A stretch of DNA of 64,000 nucleotides. Source: Clostridiales bacterium (GTDB lineage Bacteria; Bacillota; Clostridia; Christensenellales; CAG-138). Position numbers and translations under genes: made by a program. Of the stretch, positions 8,366-16,272 are shown one piece after another. The notes beneath the pieces were generated by a model, which was not told where the DNA came from, did no database searches, and worked only from the letters and a program-made list of their open reading frames with translations. Each line of letters opens with the position of its first letter. Position 1 is the first letter of the stretch. The stretch spans positions 66,336 through 130,335 of the forward strand of contig SFIR01000001.1 in the NCBI GenBank assembly GCA_004556165.1, read 5' to 3'.

Positions 8366-8775
8366 CGCATAAGCGTTATGCCCAAGAACACCCTGACCGG
8401 TGGAAAGAGTGACGTCTGCGGAGATGAAGCGGCCAACCTCTGGGTTGCAGTAGCCGCTTTGCAGATATTACCGGCCCGTTTCTTCGTCCGCAAATCCGGA
8501 GATTGGCGGTGCAGACAATATCGCGATAGCGAAAGGGCTGCTCCGCGCCGAAGGTAACGGCGAGCGAGCCGGTTGTTGACAGCAGCCAGCCTCAAGCAAT
8601 CGAACCTCAACATCAAGCACAGTCAAGTTTTGCTTGATGCTGAACTATGTATATTCTACAACGGCAGATCCCGTTTTGTCAATCTGCTTTACTGTATTCG
8701 GTTCAGCTCCAAGTATCACAACGGATTCGCAAAGGCAGGTTTGAGATTACCGGCAACAGATAGATAATAGAAGAA
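8366..8775 (-). pseudogene. degenerate RHS/YD-repeat core C-terminal fragment
   Basis: The minus-strand frames give ..KTGSAVVEYT(stop), TGSLAVTFGAEQPFRYR and ADEETGR(stop)YLQSGYCNPEVGRFISADVTLSTGQGVLGHNAYA. This is the RHS core tip wording, broken by stops and frame changes. Confidence 0.55.
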
Positions 8776-9049
8776 TATCCTTCAAAGGTATGATAGCCTC
8801 TTGCCTTGCGCTTTGCGGCTTGCATACAGAAGGTCTAATGACTGCCACATGCGATACACTCTTGCCTTCTTTGGAAACTGTTTTGCAGCTTAAGATGTCT
8901 TTTCGGCATGTGCCTCGGTCCGGCGAGCCTTTGGAATCATCAACAGCTTTTGATTGACAGCGTTTTTCTTGCTCTTCGATGCGGAACATGCAATCTGATG
9001 AGTATCGGATTTTGACGAAACTCTTTCTCAAAATATAATGAAAAACCGC

Positions 9050-9081
9050 TTGACTCTCCCCTTAAGGGGAGATGATACAAT
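9050..9081 (+). promoter_or_regulatory. MerR-type promoter: TTGACT, 19-20 bp spacer containing the perfect palindrome CTCCCCTTAAGGGGAG, then TACAAT
   Basis: -35 at 9050-9055, palindrome at 9056-9071, -10 at 9076-9081. A MerR regulator is encoded downstream in the same operon. Confidence 0.6.
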
Positions 9082-9116
9082 CCAACTTGTTAAGAAAAGC
9101 AAGGAGGATTTTTACT

Positions 9117-9842
9117 ATGAACGAACCGGCTGTCAGCGTGAGAAACCTGACAAAATCGTTTTCAGGCCGCAGGGTTGTGGATGATTTGTCCTTCGATGTA
9201 CAAAAGGGCGAGGTCTTTGCCATGCTTGGGCACAACGGGACAGGCAAAAGCACCACAATAGATTTGATTCTGGGCTTGAAGGCACCTGAAAGAGGCTCCG
9301 CGAAGATTTTGGGAATGGACGCAGCAAAAAACAGAAAACAGGTGTTTGAGCGGGTTGGAGTTCAGCTTCAGAATACCCGGTATCAGCTCAACATCACCGT
9401 GGAGGAAGCATGCATAGAGTACGCCTCTTTATATGCCGACCCGGCAAACTATCCGAAGCTTCTGGAGCGATTCGGACTTGGTACACTAAGAAAGAGCTTC
9501 GTATCAAAGCTATCGGGAGGTGAAAGGCAGAAGCTTTCCGTTGTTCTGGCACTTATCGGCAGCCCTGAGATAGTCTTTCTGGACGAGCTGACAACAGGAT
9601 TGGATGTGGCGGCAAGGCGTGAGGTATGGAGAACCCTGAAGCAGCTTAAGGATCGGGGGCTTACAATCTTCCTGACCACCCATTACATGGAAGAGGCGGA
9701 AGCCCTCTGCGATCGGGTGTGTATCATCAAGTCAGGAAAGAAGGCTGCGGAAGGAACCATAGATGAGGTCATCTCGGCTTCGGGTCAAAAGAATCTGGAG
9801 GACGCATATCTGTTCTTTATGGGAGAGGAGGAATTGTTATGA
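9117..9842 (+). CDS. ABC transporter ATP-binding protein (ABC-2/DrrA-like)
   Basis: Walker A GHNGTGKST, signature LSGGERQKL, Walker B IVFLDELTTGLD. The ATG at 9117 lies 9 nt after AAGGAGG. The track start at 9072 lies inside the promoter. Confidence 0.9.
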   Translation: MNEPAVSVRNLTKSFSGRRVVDDLSFDVQKGEVFAMLGHNGTGKSTTIDLILGLKAPERGSAKILGMDAAKNRKQVFERVGVQLQNTRYQLNITVEEACIEYASLYADPANYPKLLERFGLGTLRKSFVSKLSGGERQKLSVVLALIGSPEIVFLDELTTGLDVAARREVWRTLKQLKDRGLTIFLTTHYMEEAEALCDRVCIIKSGKKAAEGTIDEVISASGQKNLEDAYLFFMGEEELL

Positions 9843-10576
9843 AGAGATTTTGGAAAATGTATCGGGTGGAGCAGAAGATATTCTTCAGAACCCCGGATGT
9901 GATTCTGTTTTGTCTGGCAATGCCGCTGGTGGTATTTGTTGTTATTACGATGATTACAGGAGGGAAAAATGCCGCTGATTCGGGTCTAACCTATCTGCAA
10001 AGCTCGTATGTGTCGCTGTCAACCGTGGGAATCTGCTGCAGCGCGTTCATGAGCATCCCCATCACCGTAGTTGAGCTGCGATCTCAGGGAATCCTGCGGC
10101 GGATGTACTGCAGTCCCTGTTCTCCGGCAAGGCTTCTTGCCTGCGATACCATATGCAGTGGTGTGGTCGCAGCTCTTTCAACACTGATTCTGACTATTGC
10201 AGCGGTGGTCTTCTTCGGCTACCGGATGCAGGGCAATGTGTTTGCGTACATAGCCGTGTGGCTGCTGACCATGATTTCCATGTTCTCCATCGGCCTCATG
10301 GCGGCGAGTTTATGCCGAACCACAAAATCAATGAATGTGGTCACGAGCCTGCTCTATTTTCCTATGCTGCTGTTCTCAGGGGCAACAATTCCTGCGGAAG
10401 TATTTCCGGGTGCTCTCCGTACATTTGCCGGGTGGATGCCCCTTGGAGTGGGAATCAGGCTGTTGAAATCGGTGTCCATTGGGTGTTATGATAATATCGT
10501 CATACCGATGGTCACACTGATCGCGATTACGGTCATTTGCGGCACCGTCGCCGTCAAAACATTCAGATGGGAGTAA
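9839..10576 (+). CDS. ABC-2 type transporter permease (DrrB-like)
   Basis: ATGA overlap with the ATPase gene. Six hydrophobic segments. Confidence 0.8.
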   Translation: MKRFWKMYRVEQKIFFRTPDVILFCLAMPLVVFVVITMITGGKNAADSGLTYLQSSYVSLSTVGICCSAFMSIPITVVELRSQGILRRMYCSPCSPARLLACDTICSGVVAALSTLILTIAAVVFFGYRMQGNVFAYIAVWLLTMISMFSIGLMAASLCRTTKSMNVVTSLLYFPMLLFSGATIPAEVFPGALRTFAGWMPLGVGIRLLKSVSIGCYDNIVIPMVTLIAITVICGTVAVKTFRWE

Positions 10577-10580
10577 GACT

Positions 10581-11435
10581 ATGGAAATGAAGCAAGAACA
10601 CAAGCCCTGCGAAGTCAAGACAAGCGATACACTCTATAAGATCGGCATGTTCGCGGCGATGAATCATGTTACCGTCAAAACCCTGCGCTTCTATGAGGAG
10701 CAGGGACTGCTGATACCGGCACTGATTCATCCTGATACCGGGTATCGGTATTATACACTCTCCCAGATGGCGGTGCTTCACCAGATCACCGCCTTGAAGC
10801 TGGCAGGATTCAAATTGGAGGAGATTGCCAACATCAATTCCGGGGCAGATGAGATAGCGGTACTGCTGAAGAAAAAGGCGGAGCTGCTTGAAAAGATCGC
10901 AGATATTACAAGACAGATTGCCGTTGTGGACGGTTATCTGGCCAAAAAGAAAACCGGGCTTTCTTCGCCCGTTCTGATAAAAACCATTCCCGAAACCACC
11001 GTGGCATTTATGCGTATCAGGCTTGAATCCTATGACTGCCTGTTTGACCGGATGCCGGAGATGGGCGCGCTGATGGAGAAAGCGGGCTGTGAATGCGCCC
11101 TTCCGGAATATTGCTTTACCGCCTATCCGGAACCGGGATACAAGGACGGGGATATCCCGGTTGAGATTTGTGAGTCCGTTGTGGAGGCAAAAAAGGAGAT
11201 CGGAGATCTGAAGTTCAAAACCATGCCCGAGATTCAGGCGGCCTGCGTTTTTCACAAGGGCTCCTACCGTACATTTTCGGAATCCTACGAAACCGTGCTG
11301 CGGTATATCGAGGAAAACGGGTGTGAGATCGCCGGAGAGATCCGTGAAAGCTATATCGACGGGGTTTGGAACAAGGATGATGAGAGCAGGTGGCTGTCGG
11401 AAATACAGGTGCCTGTCAGGAGAAAGACGGAATAA
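10581..11435 (+). CDS. MerR family transcriptional regulator with C-terminal GyrI-like effector-binding domain (BmrR-like)
   Basis: The N-terminal HTH is YKIGMFAAMNHVTVKTLRFYEEQGLL..GYRYY, followed by a coiled-coil linker. The C-terminal ~150 aa resemble the GyrI-like/AraC_E_bind fold (..AACVFHKGSYRTFSESYETVLRYIEENG..). Confidence 0.85.
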   Translation: MEMKQEHKPCEVKTSDTLYKIGMFAAMNHVTVKTLRFYEEQGLLIPALIHPDTGYRYYTLSQMAVLHQITALKLAGFKLEEIANINSGADEIAVLLKKKAELLEKIADITRQIAVVDGYLAKKKTGLSSPVLIKTIPETTVAFMRIRLESYDCLFDRMPEMGALMEKAGCECALPEYCFTAYPEPGYKDGDIPVEICESVVEAKKEIGDLKFKTMPEIQAACVFHKGSYRTFSESYETVLRYIEENGCEIAGEIRESYIDGVWNKDDESRWLSEIQVPVRRKTE

Positions 11436-11471
11436 TTTATCCGGTAAAGAAGAAAGCGAGGCGGTTTTGTG

Positions 11472-13718
11472 ATGAACCAAGATAAAATTGTAATTCGTGG
11501 GCTTAGGCAAAACAATCTGAAAAATGTCTCTTTGGATATTCCAAAAGGTAAAATAGTGGTCTTTACCGGCGTCTCCGGCTCCGGGAAGTCCAGCATCGTC
11601 TTTGATACCATCGCCGCAGAAAGCCAACGGCAGATGAACGAGACCTATACAGCGTTCATGCGTGGGCGGCTGCCCAAGTACGAAAAGCCAAAGGTGGAGC
11701 TCATTGACAACCTCTCCGCTTCGGTCATTGTTGACCAGTCACGGCTGGGCGGAAACGCTCGCTCCACCGTGGGCACCATCAGCGATATGTACGCCGCCCT
11801 GCGGCTTCTCTATGCTCGCATCGGAACGCCCTATGTGGGGACGGCATCATATTTTTCATTCAACGACCCCAACGGCATGTGCAAGACCTGCTCCGGTATC
11901 GGAAAAATTCTGGATTTGGATATAGAAAGGGCCATAGACCCGGATAAATCATGGAACGAAGGTATGCTTGGTCTGCCTGCGTTCGGCGTGGGAAACTACT
12001 ACTGGAAGCAGTACACAGGCTCGGGTCTGTTCGACTTGGATAAAAAGTATCGGGACTACACTCCGGAAGAGCGGAATCTTCTGCTATTCGGCAGCAGGGA
12101 ACCGGGCGGACCCCGGGCGCATAAGAGGGTCGAGGGCATCAAAACACAGTTTCAGCGTCTGTGCCTCATGAAAGGTCCCGAGGAGCAGAACGATTACACG
12201 CTGCGCAAGCTCAATCAGTTTATGGAGGAGAAGACCTGTCCGGTTTGCAACGGGCGGAGGCTGAATGATAAGAGCCTTTCCTGCAAGGTGGCAGGATACG
12301 GCATCGACGAGATGTGCGCCATGGAATTTACCGAGCTGGTTAAGGTTTTGCGCACCATTGACGACCCCAGAGCCATAACCATAGTGGATGCCCTGACCGC
12401 TTCGCTGAACCGAATGATAGAAATCGGACTTCCGTATCTTTCCATGGATAGGGAATCAAGCACACTCTCCGGCGGCGAAGCCCAGCGGTTAAAACTTGTG
12501 CGGTACATGGGAAGCTCCCTCACCGGCATGACATACATCTTCGATGAGCCCAGCACAGGCATGCACCCACGGGATGTGTACCGCATGACAAGGCTTTTGC
12601 GGAGCCTGCGGGATAAGGGGAATACGGTGCTTGTGGTGGAGCACGACAAGGACGTGATTTCAATCGCCGACGAGGTCATAGACGTCGGCCCTCTGGCTGG
12701 AAAGAACGGCGGCGAGATTTTGTTTCAGGGTAGCTATGGAGACCTGCTGCGCTCCGGTACCCGTACCGGAAATGCGCTGAAGAATAATACCCCACTGAAA
12801 GCCGCGCCCCGCACGCCGCAGGACTTTTTACCGGTGCGAAACGCCTGCGTCCACAATCTGAAAAACGTGTCTGCGGACATACCGCTGAATGTACTGACGG
12901 TGGTCACCGGCGTGGCAGGCTCAGGAAAAAGCTCTCTCATCCGTGACGTATTCGCCAAGCAGTATGCCGACCGTGTAGTGCTGGTCGATCAGTCCCCGGT
13001 GACAGCCACAGGCAGGTCAACTCCAGCAACCTTTTTGGGCTTCTTTGATGAGATCCGCAAGGTCATGGCAGCGGAGAACGGTGTGGATGCCTCTTTGTTT
13101 TCCTTCAACAGCAAGGGGGCTTGTCCTGTCTGCTCGGGCAGGGGACAGATTGTAACGGAGCTGGTTTTCATGGATCCGGTTACAACCGTCTGCGAAGCCT
13201 GCGAGGGCAAGCGGTACAGCGAAGAGGCTCTGTCCTACCGTTATCACGGAAAGAATATCGTGGAGATTCTGGATATGTCCGCCGGGGAAGCCTACGAGTT
13301 TTTCAAGGAGAACAAAAAACTTCGCAAGGCTCTGGGAGCAATGCTGGAGGTGGGCTTGCCTTATCTTTCACTGGGACAGCCCCTGTCTACCCTGTCCGGA
13401 GGCGAGCGCCAAAGGGTGAAACTGGCGAAGTATCTGGACAAGAAGGGTAATATCTATGTGCTGGATGAGCCCACCACGGGCCTGCACGCTTCCGATGTTC
13501 AGAAGGTCATGGAGCTGCTGGACGGTCTGGTGGCTAGCTGCAACACGGTCATTGTCATCGAGCACAATCTGGATGTGATGAAACAGGCGGACTGGCTCAT
13601 TGATGTTGGCCCCGATGGCGGCACCGCCGGAGGAGAAATCGTATTTGCCGGTACCCCGAAGGAAATGGCAGATCGCGGCAGCACAATCACATCGGAATAT
13701 CTCAGAAAATCGCTGTGA
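11472..13718 (+). CDS. UvrA-like ABC ATPase, short paralogue lacking the UvrB-binding domain (DrrC/UvrA2-like)
   Basis: Two Walker A motifs (GVSGSGKSS, GVAGSGKSS) and two signatures (LSGGEAQRLKL, LSGGERQRVKL). Zn modules CKTCSGIG, CPVCNGRR, CPVCSGRG and CEACEGKR. ARIGTPYVG runs directly into FSFNDPNGMC. 748-749 aa (GTG at 11469 is an alternative start). Confidence 0.85.
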   Translation: MNQDKIVIRGLRQNNLKNVSLDIPKGKIVVFTGVSGSGKSSIVFDTIAAESQRQMNETYTAFMRGRLPKYEKPKVELIDNLSASVIVDQSRLGGNARSTVGTISDMYAALRLLYARIGTPYVGTASYFSFNDPNGMCKTCSGIGKILDLDIERAIDPDKSWNEGMLGLPAFGVGNYYWKQYTGSGLFDLDKKYRDYTPEERNLLLFGSREPGGPRAHKRVEGIKTQFQRLCLMKGPEEQNDYTLRKLNQFMEEKTCPVCNGRRLNDKSLSCKVAGYGIDEMCAMEFTELVKVLRTIDDPRAITIVDALTASLNRMIEIGLPYLSMDRESSTLSGGEAQRLKLVRYMGSSLTGMTYIFDEPSTGMHPRDVYRMTRLLRSLRDKGNTVLVVEHDKDVISIADEVIDVGPLAGKNGGEILFQGSYGDLLRSGTRTGNALKNNTPLKAAPRTPQDFLPVRNACVHNLKNVSADIPLNVLTVVTGVAGSGKSSLIRDVFAKQYADRVVLVDQSPVTATGRSTPATFLGFFDEIRKVMAAENGVDASLFSFNSKGACPVCSGRGQIVTELVFMDPVTTVCEACEGKRYSEEALSYRYHGKNIVEILDMSAGEAYEFFKENKKLRKALGAMLEVGLPYLSLGQPLSTLSGGERQRVKLAKYLDKKGNIYVLDEPTTGLHASDVQKVMELLDGLVASCNTVIVIEHNLDVMKQADWLIDVGPDGGTAGGEIVFAGTPKEMADRGSTITSEYLRKSL

Positions 13719-13750
13719 GAAATGCGATAGAAGCAAACGGAGGAAATCTA

Positions 13751-13999
13751 ATGCGTGAAATTCAATTGAAAAGGGTTTATCGTCATTTCAAGGGCGATTA
13801 TTATCTGGTTGAGGATCTTGCTCATGATTCGGAAACAGGAGAATTGTATGTTGTTTACAGAAAGCTGTATGGTGACGGCGGCCTATGGATTCGACCGCTG
13901 TCCATGTTCATGAGCAAAGTTGACAAAGAAAAATATCCGAATTCGCCGCAGGAATACCGCTTTGAATTGCAGGAAATTTCAAGCAAGGCAGGCCATTGA
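13751..13999 (+). CDS. DUF1653 domain protein
   Basis: YRHFKGDYYLVEDLAHDSETGELYVVYRKLYGDGGLWIRPLSMF is the DUF1653 pattern. GGAGGA RBS before the ATG at 13751. Confidence 0.7.
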   Translation: MREIQLKRVYRHFKGDYYLVEDLAHDSETGELYVVYRKLYGDGGLWIRPLSMFMSKVDKEKYPNSPQEYRFELQEISSKAGH

Positions 14000-14060
14000 A
14001 CGGCTTCCAAGGACAGGGAAACAGCATAATAGCATTCATTGCTTTTGAAGGCAAAAACAT

Positions 14061-14092
14061 AAATCCGAGGTCTCGCATTAGACCCCGGATTT
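14061..14092 (+). terminator. hairpin downstream of the DUF1653 gene
   Basis: AAATCCGAGGTC / GACCCCGGATTT forms a 12-bp stem with 1 mismatch. The U-tract is weak. Confidence 0.4.
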
Positions 14093-14140
14093 GCTTGTTC
14101 ATAAATAAACATAACCGCATCGCTTTGTGCCGCGGATACA

Positions 14141-14171
14141 AAAATAAGCCCCTGAAGAACAGAGGCTTTTT
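14141..14171. terminator. bidirectional rho-independent terminator (rpsI side and + side)
   Basis: Stem AGCCCCTG/CAGAGGCT flanked by AAAA on the 5' side and TTTTT on the 3' side. Confidence 0.6.
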
Positions 14172-14184
14172 GATGTTCCTGAAA

Positions 14185-14580
14185 TTATCTCTTTGAGAAC
14201 TGAGGGGCGCGGCGAGCTGCCTTGAGACCGTACTTTTTCCTCTCCTTCATCCTGGGGTCGCGAGTGAGGAAACCGGCCTTCTTGAGGATAGCGCGGTATT
14301 CGCCGTCAACATCAAGCAGTGCACGGGAGATTCCGTGACGAATGGCACCGGCCTGGCCGGTATAGCCGCCGCCGTAAACATTGACGAGTACGTCGAACTT
14401 GCCAATGGTATCGGTGAGCTCGAGGGGAGAACGGACGATCATCTTCAGGGTTTCATAGCCGAAGTATTCGTCGAGATCCCTCTTGTTTACAAGGATCTTG
14501 CCTGTGCCGGGAATGAGACGTACACGGGCAACGGAGCTTTTACGCCTGCCGGTTCCAAGATACTGAATAGTTGCTGCCAT
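14185..14580 (-). CDS. rpsI: 30S ribosomal protein S9
   Basis: [14 protein letters not shown]...RRAPQFSKR is canonical S9. Confidence 0.97.
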   Translation of the reverse strand: MAATIQYLGTGRRKSSVARVRLIPGTGKILVNKRDLDEYFGYETLKMIVRSPLELTDTIGKFDVLVNVYGGGYTGQAGAIRHGISRALLDVDGEYRAILKKAGFLTRDPRMKERKKYGLKAARRAPQFSKR

Positions 14581-14600
14581 GATAATTATCTCCTTCCCAA

Positions 14601-15032
14601 TTATTTGAGCACGAGGACTTCGGGCTTCTGGGCTTCATGCTTATGATCCGGGCCTGCGTAAACGCGAAGCTTGGTGAGCATCTGCCTGCCGAGAGGTCCC
14701 TTAGGCATCATGCGGCGGATTGCCTCATAAACGGCGAATTCGGGCTTCTTTTCGAGAAGATCGCGATACTTCGTCATCTTGAGTCCTCCGGGATATCCGG
14801 TGTGATGGTAGTAGATCTTCTGATCCAGCTTGCGGCCGGTCATAACGACCTTGTCAGCGTTGATGATGATAACGTGATCACCGCAGTCAACGTGGGGGGT
14901 AAAGATGGGTTTGTTCTTGCCGCGGAGTATAGCAGCAACCTGAGATGCGAGACGGCCGAGCACCATGCCTTCTGCATCGACGATATACCACTTACGCTCC
15001 ATGGTCTCTGCTTTTGCCATATAGCTTTTCAT
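14601..15032 (-). CDS. rplM: 50S ribosomal protein L13
   Basis: [48 protein letters not shown] is canonical L13. GGAGG RBS. Confidence 0.97.
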   Translation of the reverse strand: MKSYMAKAETMERKWYIVDAEGMVLGRLASQVAAILRGKNKPIFTPHVDCGDHVIIINADKVVMTGRKLDQKIYYHHTGYPGGLKMTKYRDLLEKKPEFAVYEAIRRMMPKGPLGRQMLTKLRVYAGPDHKHEAQKPEVLVLK

Positions 15033-15169
15033 GCCATGTCCTCCAAAGGTATGTTGAATTTCTTATTTGTTCGCTAAGATTTCCGACAACGGACGGGGCT
15101 GGTGACCGCAATCCTCCACCATAAGCAAAGCACGGCGATTATTTTATTCCAAATAAAATCGTTTGTCAA
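15033..15169 (-). promoter_or_regulatory. rplM promoter (TTGACA-17-TAAAAT) plus ~100-nt leader (possible L13-type ribosomal leader)
   Basis: On the minus strand, the -35 is at 15169-15164 and the -10 at 15146-15141. The leader identity is not verifiable by eye. Confidence 0.45.
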
Positions 15170-15248
15170 GCATTTATCGGAGCAATTTGAATGATATTGC
15201 GAATATATTTAACAGAAACGGCAAGGGCGGTGATATTTGTATGAATGT

Positions 15249-15277
15249 TTGACAAATTCGGACACTTGTGTTAAAAT
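15249..15277 (+). promoter_or_regulatory. sigma-A type promoter TTGACA-17-TAAAAT with TG extension
   Basis: -35 at 15249-15254, TGt plus TAAAAT at 15272-15277, about 55 nt upstream of the ATG at 15335. Confidence 0.6.
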
Positions 15278-15334
15278 GAGTAGGTACGGCGCGGAAAAAG
15301 ATAAGATCCTGCCGCAACAGGGGGAAAACAGAAT

Positions 15335-16228
15335 ATGGAAAAAAAACAAAAAGGCGAGAAAAGACGCCGCGGAGACCGCAGGGATGCGTATCTTATTCGC
15401 GAGCTTGATTCCATGCACAAATTCATGCCGTTTCTTCTGCCGAACAGATGCGATAACGAAGCGTGCATGAGCGAGCTTGTAGAGCTGTCCGCGATCAATG
15501 AGTATGTAAAAAAGCTCAATGCGGATAACCCGGAATTCAGATACACGCTATTCCATGTGATTTGCGCAGCTATCGTCAAGACCATCGCTCTCAGACCGAA
15601 GCTCAACTGGTTCATCTCCGGTTACAGATACTATGAGCGCAAAGAGATAAGCATCTCATTTGTCGTTAAGAAGACCTTTGAGGACGAAGCAAGGGAAGCC
15701 CTTGCGATCCTAAAGATCGACAGGGACGGAGAGAATCCCATCAAGCAGATCCACGATAAGACCGAAAAGTTTGTGACGGCTGTTCGAAAGCATGACGAGC
15801 AGGACAGCACGACCGATATCATGGATATCCTCGTTAAACTCCCAAGATGGCTGCTTAAGCTCGTTACGGGCATCATCAATAAGCTCGATAACCGCGGTAA
15901 GCTCCCAAAGAGCATGACCGAAAGCGATCCATACTGTTCGAGCGTCTTTGTATCAAACCTTGGCAGCATCAAAATGCATGCGAGCTATCATCATCTGACG
16001 AATTACGGAAACAATTCTTTATTTGCCATTATTGATGAAAAACATTTACATCCGTTCTTCGATGAAAATGGTAACTGCGAAATGCGTGAAGCGCTGCGCC
16101 TCGGCTTGACTGTTGACGAGCGAATTGCGGACGGAACGTATTTTGCCAAGAGCGTAAGGCTCATGAAGAAACTGCTTGAGAATCCCGAACTTCTCGAGCA
16201 GCCTATCAACACACCCGTAGAGCTTTGA
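15335..16228 (+). CDS. 2-oxoacid dehydrogenase E2-type (CAT-fold) acyltransferase catalytic domain protein, no lipoyl domain
   Basis: The C-terminal ..LRLGLTVDERIADGTYFAKSVRLMKKLLENPELL aligns to the E2 catalytic ..DHRxxDG..F....LE.P motif. Only 297 aa, with a basic N-terminus. Confidence 0.65.
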   Translation: MEKKQKGEKRRRGDRRDAYLIRELDSMHKFMPFLLPNRCDNEACMSELVELSAINEYVKKLNADNPEFRYTLFHVICAAIVKTIALRPKLNWFISGYRYYERKEISISFVVKKTFEDEAREALAILKIDRDGENPIKQIHDKTEKFVTAVRKHDEQDSTTDIMDILVKLPRWLLKLVTGIINKLDNRGKLPKSMTESDPYCSSVFVSNLGSIKMHASYHHLTNYGNNSLFAIIDEKHLHPFFDENGNCEMREALRLGLTVDERIADGTYFAKSVRLMKKLLENPELLEQPINTPVEL

Positions 16229-16272
16229 TTTTTATCGAAAGGACGTCTTATCAGAAGACGAAATCATCAATT

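Noticed and set aside
8338-9031. Track ORFs 8338..8616 (92 aa) and 8747..9031 (94 aa) as real small genes
   Set aside because: They are Arg/Cys-rich translations with no RBS. They are off-frame readings across the degraded RHS-core fragment.
10563-11627. 354-aa minus-strand ORF
   Set aside because: It is antisense to the MerR/GyrI regulator gene and to the start of the UvrA-like gene, both with unmistakable motifs on the plus strand. It has no motifs of its own.
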